From NCBI GenBank assembly GCA_965235115.1, contig OZ249436.1, positions 37,264,001 through 37,328,000 of the forward strand: DNA of 64,000 nt, written 5' to 3'. Made by a program: the position numbers and the translations under genes. This document shows positions 27,098-40,415 of the stretch, one piece after another (the first letter of the stretch is position 1; the number at the start of each line of letters is the position of its first letter). Under the pieces are notes generated by a model. That model made no database searches. It worked only from the letters and a program-made list of their open reading frames with translations, and was not told the DNA's origin. This DNA is from Laetmonice hystrix. Taxonomy: Eukaryota.

Positions 27098-27261
27098 CTG
27101 TTCTGAAGTTAATTACCAAGTCTAGCAGGAATACTGTGTCTGATATGCTATTGAACACGATCCACCGAGTACTTAGGTCGTCATTGAAGAAGGATATAGC
27201 CACGGGAAGGATGATTAGGTTCGCTATGAGCAATATCAGCATGAATAAGTCCCAGTAGAAT
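27098..27261 (-). CDS. HCN: HCN/Ih channel exon: S1-S2 ((R)[54 protein letters not shown](G))
   Basis: 164 nt, phase 2-1. Acceptor TTTTTCCCATTTCAG|A, donor CAG|GTCAGT. FYWD...[12 protein letters not shown]...NFRTG is characteristic of HCN. Confidence 0.97.
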
Positions 27262-30200
27262 CTGAAATGGGAAAAAGCAGACTCAAATTAAGTTACTGCA
27301 AAATATACGATAAAGAATCGAACCAAAAATAATTGGAGAATAGTGAACATCTTAGCTTTACATAAATAATATTATCACTATTCTTAATGTAGATGCTTGC
27401 AACAGAAACAATAATTATTATATGTATACTTAAGCATGAGCTTTAGGATGATATAAAAAGTATATCCCTCAATACACCCATGAAAAAAAACCCAACATCT
27501 GAGTTAAAATGGTCGGGCCAACATACAATTCAACTCTCTAATCCCCACTCAAGGTATCAAGTAGCCAATGTCTCCCCAAAGCACTGTCGTTTTGGGGTCG
27601 ACGGACGACTTAGAGAAATCTTCCAATCCCTTTTTAAATAAATAAAGAGACGGCACCGATTCTTATCTCTACGAATACATGATTTCTTTCTAGTTACACT
27701 GTAACACTGCTGGAGTGTTGCGCATAGTTAAGGAAATTATATTACGGCCGGTTTGGTAAAAGAATCGAGCTATAGTTACGGTCCATGGTCGCCTGTCCGC
27801 CATGATGTTTTTTGTAATGCGCCGGAATAGGTAGGAATGGCGACGGAGTCAGAGTGGTTTAAAAAGTCGGCTTCTATTTACAACGAAAGGCCCTAACAGT
27901 CATAATCACCTTAGGAATAGACGAGGTCTTGCAGAAGGATTTAGCGAAAACTATATATGCACATTAACAAGGACATTTCATTGTAAGTAGAAATCACGAC
28001 AGGGGGTTGAAATCGGCATTTCATAAATCCTCTATGGGTTCTCCCACATGCTTAACGCAGAGCTGGTTACGGTGGCCACGTCTAGGTGTCAAAAGAAGAA
28101 CTGCGCGAAAGGATCAGATCAGGAACTCTGCTGCTGAAATGGATTGAGTTCTTATATCAAGTAATCTATAACCGTTAAGAAACCCCCGCTCCAGGTGTAG
28201 ATTTGTCCCTGTCTTTTGCTGCTGGCACGGATTCACTGTGCATAGACATCTTAGTTGAATACAGAGTTGTTGATGGCAGTCATCAAAAGATTGCCGCAAC
28301 ACCGACTCTTTGACTTTAGATACTGGCCACAATGTGCGGTCGTCCTTGGATGCTTTCTCTCAGTCGCCAGGATTTGAGTGAAAAAAACTCCAACAAACCA
28401 GACACATCCTTGGGTGTTGTACCGATATATTATGTGACAGCAGAGTTTTTTTAAGCCTGAGGTAGATTATACTTTTTAAGCCTGCATGAGGTAGATTATA
28501 CCACTTTCTTCTCCCTATTCAGAAAGATGTAAAGACGAGGTGCATAGTACCGCTCTCTTTAACTCCATTGGCCATACCTATCACATCATTCTCATTTCAA
28601 AGGGGGGGGGGTGTGTGGTTGGGGTTTTTTTTGGGGGGGGGAGTTGGGGGGGGATATATTCGTGAATAAACTACGGTAGTATGAGTCAAAAAGAGAGTTT
28701 CGTATGATCAACGTTAATTATGTTGTTCGCCTCCCAAACACTATTTTTGCAGATATTTCCTTCAGTTTCCCTAATATGTGTTTCCTAAGATGCCTTAGTA
28801 TATTCTAGGTTTTACCTTTTGCCCAAGGATACTTTACAGCCATTTTTCTGCAAAGGGATTCTTTTGCTGAAGGCGTCGTGTCGACGCTGATAAATGGATA
28901 GCCAAGGAGGCCTTGTCCTCACCGTTCTAGTGGAGGTTTATACTGTAGCAGCAACCTTAATGTTATCTTGCCTAGAGACGGAAGAGGACCGGTCAAGGAG
29001 GCTTTACCACTGGGACATTAGATCCAATCGGTAAAGACGTGTCCGAGGCGTGGTACAGTCCCCCCCCCCCTCCTGTCCCCTGTCTGGGGATTGCCAGATG
29101 CTGAAGAGAACCCGGCCGTCTAAAGAGAGGAAGATGCGAAATCCATATCTGTTTTGTGTTTCAAAATGATAACGCCTTCTTTTCGAGAATGCCAGCGCGT
29201 GAGAGATCGATGGAAGTATTGTTGTTAATGGTCTTTCTCTGGCAAAAGGTACGGTTATACATGGGGAAAATGTTGGATGTCATACTGGAAGAGGATAGCA
29301 GCCAACCTTTCCCAGAAGAAAACGTGTTTCTTATCAAGTGAACAATTATAAAAAAAAACCCTTTGCGATCAAGAACATAATTTCACAAAGAGAACTTACC
29401 GATCAAAAGTACGCTTCGAGTGGGCAGAATTTCTCCAGAGAAAGATTAATCAATAAGTATTCATGCATTTTTATACGTTCAGTTCTAAATTATTTTTTTT
29501 ATTTTTTTATTTCAATGCAAGTATCATTGTGTATGTAAAACCCGTTTTAAAGGATTGTCATTATTCATAAGTCTCCTGCACTCATTTTTTCACAAATTCC
29601 GTTACTGGAAGCATACTGGAAGCTTAAATACCCAAAAGCTTTGTTCTAAGTTGTATAGCAACTTACGACGCCTATGTCTTGAAAGAAATCGACCCAAAAA
29701 ACCCACAGTTGCTTCGGGGGTAACAGATTTCTCAAGTCCCTCCGGAATGCAGGTCCGATCGACCTGCATTCCAGGGGGAAATTTGTGATTTATTACATAA
29801 ATATGTATACATATATTGATGCTAGCCATAACCTTAATTCATATGTATATTTTTAATTCTATTGTCTTATAAAACGGTGTGGCAGACCTAGGACATGCAT
29901 TCCCAGGGAATCCTTGTCCGGCGGACTTTCATCACGTCGGACTTGCATTCCTTCCACAGCTGCATTGACTTGCAGTGCATGTACATGAAACAGGCTCTTC
30001 TGAAGCCAAATCCCCAAACTGCATGTCCAACCATCATCATTACGTCGTGCCGTATTTTTATATTGATCCCTTTAGTAGGGGAACTCTACACTTGCGGCGG
30101 GGGGATCACACGATTTATATGTCACACCCTGCAGCAGGCGTACTGGAGGCACCGTGTTCAATAAGTGATCAGCTGGCCACCTGGTGGCATGAAGTGGTTT

Positions 30201-32249
30201 CTGTCACAGAGGTCAAAGTGTGGAGTGTCGTACACACGTGCATGCACCTGCTACACCGGATTACCTTCCACCCCCCGCGGGTAAGACGTCTGCACCCAGC
30301 CACTCTTGTCCCCAAAACGCTGCCAACGTATTGGGTTACATTTCGGACAATTAATATGACATATGTCGATGTGTTTGACCCACACTCTGACCCTGATTTA
30401 GATGTGGAGTTCAGCATTGTGGTTTATAATTAATTCCGTTAGAAAATATGGGTGTTTCTGGCTAAACAAATCGCTGAGGAGTACAGTTATCCCCAAAACG
30501 TAGTAAATGTTTTAACCCTTGAGCCTTATCTCTATTATACTAACTTTAATTACATTAACCGTGATATCAATGATATCCTTCGAAATGGCGTCCAATTAAA
30601 AATCCTTACAGGTCGGTTGGTGTAGGAACCAATGTGCGAGATAACCTAAGCGACCTTTAGAAGAATTCTTTTTGGTGAAAATAACTACAATAATATGCCA
30701 CAACTGACAAGTCCATAATGAACCGTCGACAATTGCCAAGTTTAGAGACTATCGAAACATGAAGTTCAGATTTGTGAAGACCAGTGAAACAGTTGTCCGT
30801 GATCGTTATGTGTATGAGCAACAGGGGAGACTGCTAAATCAGAAAAGGTCGGTTCGTGAGCAGAGTCTCTCTATAACATCGTGAAGAACACCAAGGCCTG
30901 TCTGCTCTAGTAATTATAAGCACTGCACCTGAGCCACGCGCAGTCTTCTTCTTTTAGCTCCTTTCTCCCCCTTAAGTCCCTTTTTGACTTGGCAGCTTCT
31001 TTTTCTTCTTGCTCTCCGTGAACACATCCCCACATGACGGCTCCTTTTTACCTCAGAATGGTTTGTAATTTGACTTCTGCGGATGCCAGAACTATACTGA
31101 CAGACGTTAGGATTCCCACAAGCGGGCCGAAAATAGCCCCTCATAAATTTCTTCCCAGGGACTGATTGATCCATGTTTTTCTGGGGTGGGGATGGAGAAG
31201 CGGCTCTTGGTAATGGACTCCGCCAAGTACACTGATTAAAAGTCATTTGTAATTTTAGTAATAAAGGTAAGAGACTTCATCGAAGATACCGGAACAAGAA
31301 CAAACACGTTTGACCACCTGAGTTTTTTTAAGGATGTTTTTCAAGTATGAAAAATTCACGAGCAATCCTGCATTTAACATTTTTCATTTTTATATCTAAC
31401 TAATCTTCCAGCTTTACAAAATGAGACCAGTGAGAAACGAGCTTCTCATTCCAGTATCATATCTCTCACCACAACGCCCGTGTTACGGCGGCAGACTAAG
31501 CAGACGCGCTACATCTTATTTTTTTTCATTTTTTCTCACTAATGAGTGCACTGACACTTTGCGATAGCAGATACAAAACTGTGTTGGTAATAGATCGTTA
31601 GATGCACTTGATGAAGAGGCCTCATGTGCCTTTATCTATGTAGTTGTCGATGTTCCGTTTGGATTAATCGAGATGGACGGTGATCCTTAAGTCGCGCCAC
31701 ATCAGCGGTGCCACTCGAGGCGAGATAAATGATCATCGACGGCCATCACTTTACGGTGCCTCATCATGCGCAGCTTGCACACACTCCTCTAAATGACTTG
31801 TTTTGACGGGTCAAGCATGATATTCATGAAGACATAAACCTGCTTTAAAAGCGAGTAATTTACCTTATTTGGAAGTAGACCATCAAGAGTTGCTCGACTG
31901 TTCCGCTTTTCACATGTCTAAATGAGCTGTCTACGTGATATTTCATGATGTAATTAAACAAAGCACAGCCGCAAAGAGACAGCTTACCATGAACAGACCT
32001 TAAATAATTCAGTTTTAGATGAATACACGGACACTCTAGATTCATTTGTTTGCACATCATCTTGGCCCCATTCATCCTACAGTATCGAAATGGCACAACG
32101 TTTACTCTGGTCGACTTTACGGGCGTCTCTAGGAACTACGATATCGGACAGGGTCCTATGATTGGACAACCTCTTAGGCTGGGTTTCCATAGAGGTCACG
32201 TTTTCACGTGTCACGCTTCACGGTTCACTTTCTTGACGGTTTCCACCAA

Positions 32250-32380
32250 GTTCAAGTTCTATTTCGAAGGGACGATGCTGATTTCGAGAAAACGAAATAT
32301 ATTTCGAGTTAATGAAATATATTTCGAGTTAATGAAATATATTTGGAAGGATCGAAATATATTTCGATGGAACGAAATAA
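32250..32380. repeat. Short ATTTCG..GAAAT palindromic-unit repeat, fragment related to the 56708-57273 family
   Basis: Repeated ATATATTTCGAG..AA(C/T)GAAAT units with ~20-bp period. Confidence 0.55.
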
Positions 32381-34866
32381 TACCAGGATTTACGCAAAGT
32401 CATCTGAACATGAATAGATGAGCTTAAATAGTCGAATTTCCCACTACGCACATGCACATAGTTCAAATACAATTTCTCAACATATCTATCTATCTAACCT
32501 TCTCGAATTTTCTACCGTGGTGGCAAAACAGTCTCTTCTTCACCTGCGAGCAAACCAGATATTCTAACTCTGTCAAGTCCGACACAGGCTAAGGGAGTTT
32601 TCCATTTTCGGCACGGCGGCACCGCGCGAGTTTGTTGTTGCCTACATCCGGGCCACTGATCCTGACCTAGCCACCCACCCAGCCCCAACATGGCGACCTC
32701 CGTCGTACAACCGAGACATGACGAAGTCAGTCGACGGTGAGCCGAGTGCGCGCACCCCAGACTCAGTCTAGTGTCCTGGCCACAGCCCATCTACAAATTC
32801 AATCTCCTACTTTTGTGGCTGTGCTATCTCGGGAGCTTACTCGGAAAGAACGCAAGCAGATAAGACTTTATGTTTCCTATAGACTCTACCGGTACTAAAC
32901 AACATAGGCTCCCTTTCCGGCAAAGTTTGAGAATCACAGACTTTCTTCAGACTTTGAGCTCGAAGAGCGAGCACTAGCTGCGAGACGTTAAGGTTGTAGG
33001 CCAATGCGCATGCGCAGCCTGACAAACACGGCCTGATACAATGATGTTTTAGCAATAGTGATTTAGCAACTAAACTTCACTAATTATACTCAATCTTGAC
33101 GTTTAGAACAGTACAAAACATCATTACCTAATGCCTTGATGTTTTACCTGGGTTTCCCGCTTAGAATTGCTATCAACGTTCAACGTCAAGATTTCGGTTT
33201 AAAGAAAAGTGAATGAGGAGACACGCCACCTAGTGAGAAGTTCGTGCAAATGCAACAAACCTCTTGATATGCCCTCGTCCCATTCGTCGCTTCTGAAGAA
33301 CAATCAGGTGTGAAGCTGAGGATCATTCTCACCCCTGGTTCCCAAAGGGTGCCAATTAATCGAGGAATCCTCATGACATTGTCTAGAATTACAAAGATAT
33401 GCAACACTTAACCCCTGTTACTCTTAGACTACTGTTGGATTAAAAAAAATATTTTCTATTTTCTTACTTCTATTGCGGCGGCTGGACTGCATATATTTAT
33501 CTAACTCTATATCGAAAATAACAATTGAATTGCAGATAGACTATAGGTTTCCCTAAGCGAAGAAACCACCATAAATCGCATGGTTACCCGATATCGGCTG
33601 TTTCACCAAGCGAAGAACCCTCCATAAACCGCATGGTTACCCCAAATCGACTTAGACCCGACTTGGTGTGGACGGACACTCGTGGGTATAGCATTGTATT
33701 GATGATCCTCAACCTCACATACAATAGGCAATCTGCTACGGTAACTGAATCACAGCAGTAGATCAATAGACCGTCTGAGGCACCGTAATGTGCAGTATTT
33801 CGGGAGTCCAAGCCTCTTGGACTTTTTAAATGAAAATTCTTTTCCCTCGAGGCGAAAGTGAGTCGTACTCCATCTGTCAAATCATTACAACAATGAACTA
33901 AAATATAAAACAGCCTTTTCAACTTTTCATCATATATAATTACTGTTGAGAGTTATAAATCCGTGTCGCCTCGATACATCATCATAATGCAATCAGACGA
34001 GATGCAATCAACTTCAGATCGTTCCTAAATGCAATTATGGAAATATCTCATCAATACCCAACCAAAGAATAAGCACCTGAAAATTACGTCCCACAAAAAA
34101 ATTACTGTTTGCTTTCAAATGATGTTTTCAGACGACAAACTCACTTTAAATCTTTACTGCTCAACGTTAATTCCCGTCCAAAAGTGTGAAGGCGGGATGA
34201 GGTTCAAACGCCCGCCTAAACCAGTCATGACGGGAACCTTTAGAGGATGTAATACAATTTACTGGAACTGCTTACATCAAAGAACATTCGAAAGTAGTTC
34301 ATAAATGTAGAAAATATTATTTTATTAATAACAAAAAGTAACATCCTTGTGATATAAATGTTGTGATCTATAAATATTACTTGTGGAAGGAGGAGGTGCC
34401 CCAAATGTAACTAAACTAAACAGAAGCGAGGGGACATCGTGTCAAGCTTGATGTGTTGTGTCTGTCAATAACCACAGGAATTTTCAACATGGCAGCTCTT
34501 CTGTTTCTGTCGATGAACCCAGACTAAATTTAGTTTATACAATATTATCACATAGCTACTCCCATGAACCAAGAGAATCCCACTCAAATTGTTCTCCTTA
34601 ATAGCATTCACTATTGTAACTGACAGAACTAGGGTTTCATTAACAGTTAGAACGAAAAGACTGCGGGGGACTATGCATAATGTAGGCAAGGTCCATCGTC
34701 ACAAAATGGCGCTCCTTGTAATGGTCGGCGACAATGATTCCACCTGGATGAATAATGGAATAACATGCCGGTATCAGCAGCAGCAGCAGCAGAGGTAGGT
34801 GAATGGGATGTATCGGAGTCCAGCATGGATGTGTAGGGTACTTAGGTTTCATGTCCGCCATCCGAG

Positions 34867-34993
34867 CTCTACATGTGCTGGCTCCACGAGAGAGAGACAA
34901 AGAGACAGAGAGGGACATAGAGTGACAGAGACATAGAGTGACAGAGACAGAGAGAGCGACAGAGAGACATAGAGTGACAGAGAGAGACAGAGA
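34867..34993. repeat. GA/GACA-rich low-complexity repeat (GAGTGACAGAGACATA-like units)
   Basis: Directly visible. Confidence 0.85.
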
Positions 34994-35453
34994 ATATAAA
35001 AATCCCCTTGGCGATTACTTTCTGACTGAAAATTAACACCCCAAAATGTATATAGGGTTCCAAATCTGACCATAAAAAGAAAGGATTTAAAACCCCATTG
35101 AAAACCTAAGGAAACCTTCCTTTTCAATAACAAGATGAGGGAGAGTGGATTGGCTATATTAGGAAGAGGTTCGGGGAGATTCCACCTGTGACGAGCGAAT
35201 GGAAGTTACTTGAATTACACTAACGTTACAGAGCTAACCTCCTTCCTAGACATGTCTTTCTTTCTTACAAATCAAATATGACGACCACTCAAATACCATG
35301 AAATCCAACCCTTAACCTCAACCCCAGGTTAATGAAGACATTGGCGACTTGAAAGAACAGCAGACCTGCCGGACACATAGTTTACGCTTGGTAAACCCCT
35401 TGTTGCACCGTCAAATGTGAAAAATACATCAAATATAACAAGTCTGTGATATG

Positions 35454-36041
35454 TTAAGAAAAAAAGAAGAACATCAAATATAAAAACCGACGTCATATGT
35501 GAACGATTTCAACGTAAAAAAACATCCACCGTTTTTAACAATTTGGTGTCTAATAGATGGTTAGCCGTCCGGATTTTATTATATTTAAATATTAGTTGGT
35601 CCTATGCTGTAGCATAAGCTGGGCTCTGCTGTGCCTCATCGCGCCCAATGGGGAGGTCATATGCAAGCTCTGCACATGGCGTATCTTCATCAACTAGGGA
35701 ACACTGATTGACATCAACGATGAAAATAAAAAAAAACAATTTTAAGAAATAATTTTGGACTGGCCTAAGCCTATTTCGTCTTAACTACAAAATATTTTGT
35801 TCGGCCTGCCCCCCCCCCCCCCTCATAAAAATGGGGGGGAGGCTATTAATTTACTGTAGGGCCTAGACCTACATTATAGTTTTTACATCTGACATCGATT
35901 GTTTTATACAAACGACGCAAGTTTCTGTTTTTACATTTGATGTCAATTTCTTTTACAAATGATGGAAACAGTTTGTTACATTTGATGTTGAAATGTTTCA
36001 CATACGACGTCGGTTTTTACATTTGACCTTCTTTTTTCTTA
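35454..36041. mobile_element. Non-autonomous element with ~55-bp imperfect terminal inverted repeats
   Basis: TAAGAAAAAAAGAAGAACATCAAATATAAAAACCGACGTCATATGTGAACGATTTCAAC versus GTTGAAATGTTTCACATACGACGTCGGTTTTTACATTTGACCTTCTTTTTTCTTA. Internal ACATTTGA/TCAAATGT subrepeats. Confidence 0.7.
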
Positions 36042-39000
36042 CAACCACCAGAGTTGTGGTTCTTGTGTCACTCTACGAACGCTCAAACTCTGCTTTTAAC
36101 CTAGTTTCAATCAACAGTGAATGGAGGGGGGGGGAGTTGTTTATAGGAAGGTCACAGGTCTGTGATTTTTTTTCTTTTGTTTAAAGGTAAAGTTCTATTA
36201 TGATTGGGTAACATCCCACTTTTATCCCCGACATGCGCTTAACTTTTATCAACAGATATTCATAATCACACAGTAGCGTGACTCGTACGTTTTTGTTGTA
36301 GTTTATCCAATCAAATGTATAATACCAATGGGATTGCGATTCCTTTAATCAGTCTACGATTTTACACTCGAATGATGGGTAGAAGAGTATGCATACAATC
36401 GCGTGTGTTAATAATATCGTTTTTATAATCATCTTCTCTAGATATGCCTAATTATGGTAAGACTACAAAGGAGATTACTTTTGTGTACTTTTTTAAAAAT
36501 TCATTAAGTTTTTGCTTTGCATAATTGTCTTCTTCATAATGTTCCACCGGAGCCATGTGACTGATGGCAAGAAAAAGTCGGCCATCCTAGACGGCACGCA
36601 GACGGCACATGTCTGTCTGTTCAGTATGTTTGTATAGATAAAAATCGTATACCGGCATATCACCGGCTTGTCTGTAAGTTCCTTAACTTACCAGACACTG
36701 GCATCCCCTCAGACAGAGAAATATCCCACTGACTGTGCGATCCTATTTAGTCGGCCCAGGGGACAAAGCCAATTCTTCTCCGGCAGGGAATTAAGGATCA
36801 ACTCTACCAGGGACGACTTTTTGTTCTTCATCTTACAGTTTTATCTAACATCTACACTGACCATTCTACTAAAGGCCTGTCGCTATGGCCACCAAGGTCT
36901 CATTTGAATGCGATGCGGCCGTTGGTTGTCAAATGTACGAAAGTAGTTTTGGATTTCACCGGCGCTATAGCTCTCCGTTTCCGTGGAAGGCTTGATCGGA
37001 TTCGGTCAGTGTTTGCACCATTAGAATGTCTTCCAGCCTGCCACCCGTGGTCAGAAAACTAATTTTAGATGCCGGATCTGCCTCCATTGGGATCGTTAAA
37101 AGAACAGCTCCAGAATACAGATGATCAGCTGTCCGTTGTTGTTGCACATTTCTATATTTGAAAATATGTAAGAGTGTTGCACCGTCAGACTATACTTTTG
37201 TAGAAATTTCATGATTTTCACGGAACATTATTTACGTTTTTGAGAAGGCATAGACTAAGTTGCGGTTTATTTATTTATCCATTCATTATATATGACACTG
37301 AAGTATTATAATATGACCTTTTTAACATTTGGCACAAGTTTCAAGTAATTTTTATACTTATAGTCCAATGCAATTATCCCCGCTAATTTATATTTTCATT
37401 GGACGTTTAAGCGAACCAAAAATTATACGACACCTCCGCGTGGTACTGCATAATTTCCATTTTGCCAATTTTCAAATGCATTTCGGATCGGAATTTTATC
37501 GAATGAAAGAAAAAGATGCTAACACTTGGAGCTGTTTTGGTATCGCAATGCAACAAACCGTAAACGACAACTCGAACTCGACAGGTGCATTTCAAAGGAA
37601 ATATTTCCATGTCCGCATCTGCACCTGTGAATTTAGTATAGTTATACATCAGTCTTTCTTTTGGCTCTCTTTAACATGATGAGTTGCTTAGATGTACAAA
37701 GAGAGCGGCTGCTAACCTTGCCCTTTACGACAGCGCCCTACTCGGGTTGCCCCGGCGCACACTGAATGTGCGGGGGTAGGCTGTCTCATGTTCAATACGT
37801 GTATTGATCTCCCAAGTCAGGCCGGTATGACAAATAACGATCGTCCTCAACCAGCCTGGAGTTGGTGGGGTGGGGCGGGCGATAGCTATCCGCCAATGAA
37901 ATCAGAGAAACACATCAAGAGTGGTCATATAGACTGAAACAACTTTATTAGCCGGCGAATTACCGTCATTTGCGCGTCGTTATTGGCGTCGACGCAACGT
38001 AAATTGAGTTAAAGACAGGCTCTGCGGGTACGACATAGGGGTTCTGACCGAACTAATGTTCTTTGGTGAACCTCTGATGTCACCGACACCAAGAGTCGGC
38101 CTGTGATACCGAGGTCGGTGCAGGGGGCACGCGGTGAGCGACGGCCTTGAGTCCCAGTAATGGGAGAAGATCTACGCTCGAGATCATGGCACAGAGTACC
38201 TACATACAGAGGTTTCACTTACGTCAAAATGCGTTCTAGGCCATCGCAGCGCCACCTATCGGGGTGGATGACGCTGCTGGCTCTACGTTGGGGACTAAAA
38301 GCTTAGTTTTTCTCACCTTGGGTGCTTAAAACGCCCTCGCGGTGGGAATAATGAATCAATTCACTTGGATATTGTTGCAAAGGAAACTAAAGATAATTGC
38401 CTTTTGTCTAGTGTGAAATTTATATAAATATATCAAAGGATTCTTTTTCTTACGGCCATTTGAAAGCCATCAAAAAAGTATTAAAAACCCCGTAAAACTT
38501 GTGACCTAGAAAAACGTTCTATCTAGCAGCGCTTGCCACTCAAAATCGGTCGCGACGACCTATACAAAAAAGTATCCAGAATTATTCCCCACATCGTAAG
38601 GTTTTCACAGATGCCCTTCTTTTAGCGAGACTCCTTATAGTTTTGGATACAGCAAGGTTTGTTTGGAAATTTAAAAGTTCCCAAAACTTTGTTCATGACG
38701 TTAAATATCCCAGCAGAATCTCAGCTCTGCACAGTACTGTGAAGACTGCACTATTTTTCTGTCTAGCTCTCGTTTTATGATAAGATAAATTTAAATACTA
38801 CAGAAGCAGAGATTACAAAGGTCAGTAGATATTCTCAGAAAATTTTAGCCTTATAATACATCTGTAAACATCACTGTGTGTAGCCTACACTGTAGGCCCC
38901 TGATCCGGCTATACTACACTGTTGTTCCGTACGTCTTCTCTATGACGTAACAGACACTGATTTAACGAGGCACGCACTGTCTTTTTGATAGTGTAACATT

Positions 39001-40415
39001 GTAATATCAAGTATCAAAATACGTTGTTAACTATATTATGATGTCACAAGTGACAATAAAAGCACAAACAGATCCAACCCAAGCTATAAAATTGTAGCCA
39101 GTGCGGATTACCAGGACGTGTTGACGGCTCTACCAGCCCAAGGCCAAGACACCCGGCCAGTGGTACAGGTTTTTGAGCAGCAGCGCTCTAAAACGACCCG
39201 CAAAGGTCTCTCAAACTGGCAGTTGTGACTAGATCTAGCTAGTGATGATTTTGTCATCAGATCAGTATGAACTACATTATACCATAGCATAGACATAGAT
39301 GATTATACCATGGGCCTACATAGATTATAGCCCTACTCTCCTATAACCCTTGCCTACATCGTTCTAATAGACATTGTCATCCTTACCATCTTCAGTGGTT
39401 ATTCAATCAATGTCATGTTGCGTGATTTTAGGCCTCAAGTCAAGGCAATGGTGTTTTTTTTTAATTCAGCCGTTCTTTTCAAAATTATATTTGTGGTAGG
39501 CCTATGTAAGTTATCTTGACAAATTTGGTATTGGCACAAAGCTAATGTTATGGGGATTCACACTGTAGGCCTATATCTTAACTTTTTTAGCCTTCAGAGT
39601 CTAGGGATTTCAGTACATTATCGGCAAATGTACCGAGGCGAAAAGTTTGTGTAAAAGATTTCTTCAAATGCTTGTATTCACACTCTCGTAACAGCAAAAT
39701 AATGTGTTTACAAGAAAAGTCGCCTATATACTATGAAAGGAAATTGTATGAGGAAGAGAATGATACCATACTTGTTTAGATTGGATTGTGATAGACTGAG
39801 TGTGCACCGTCTTAAAAGTCGTGTATTTTGCCTGGGCGGCCGTTGGGGCCGGCCGTTTCTGGGCTACCGTCATCCACGCCGCTAGGTGGCTGACGGAATG
39901 TAACGTCACAATAGAGCTCAATGACAGTGAAACTTCTGTATCTACCTATTCTGTGATCATGGTAAGTATGATGGAATGCTAAAACTAGGAAACGGCCAAC
40001 TTAGGGCGGACAATGAAAAGACATGAGTAAAATGCCTTGCTTGTTTTCTTCACAGCTACCCCTAAATGATCTTTTCTAGTGCTCATATGCTATCAGTCTT
40101 TTCCCCTTTTTGCGTTAGCGTTTGTGCAATTCTAATATAAGGTGCGTTTTTTGTAATGTGCAAAACCACATTTACGAATGTTTCACATATGTGGTAACAG
40201 GCAAGCTTTGTATAACAAAACACTTATGTCCATGTATGTAGTGACTTGCGGCGGGTAAGTTGCCATGATTTAACGGTATGACTTTGCCCGACAAATCCTG
40301 AGACATTGTGTTATTATTACTTCTGACGAGAAACCCTAATAACACAAGGTGCTAACGAATTTGGGACTAAAGAACAGTTGGCTGCTCCATCAAACCACAC
40401 ACTCTGCCCTGTGTG

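Noticed and set aside
34640..34780. IIHP motif (also ~22500) as the missing pre-S1 exon
   Set aside because: Context (YSIIHPGGII, VNIIHPRDT) lacks SxFR and the upstream HCN-domain sequence.
40306..40347. Hammerhead ribozyme (CTGACGA-GAAA inside an 11-bp stem TTGTGTTATTA/TAATAACACAA); also CTGACGAGAAA at ~59479
   Set aside because: No stem II between CUGANGA and GAAA and no stem III/NUH site. Other CTGANGA hits I checked also lacked the fold.
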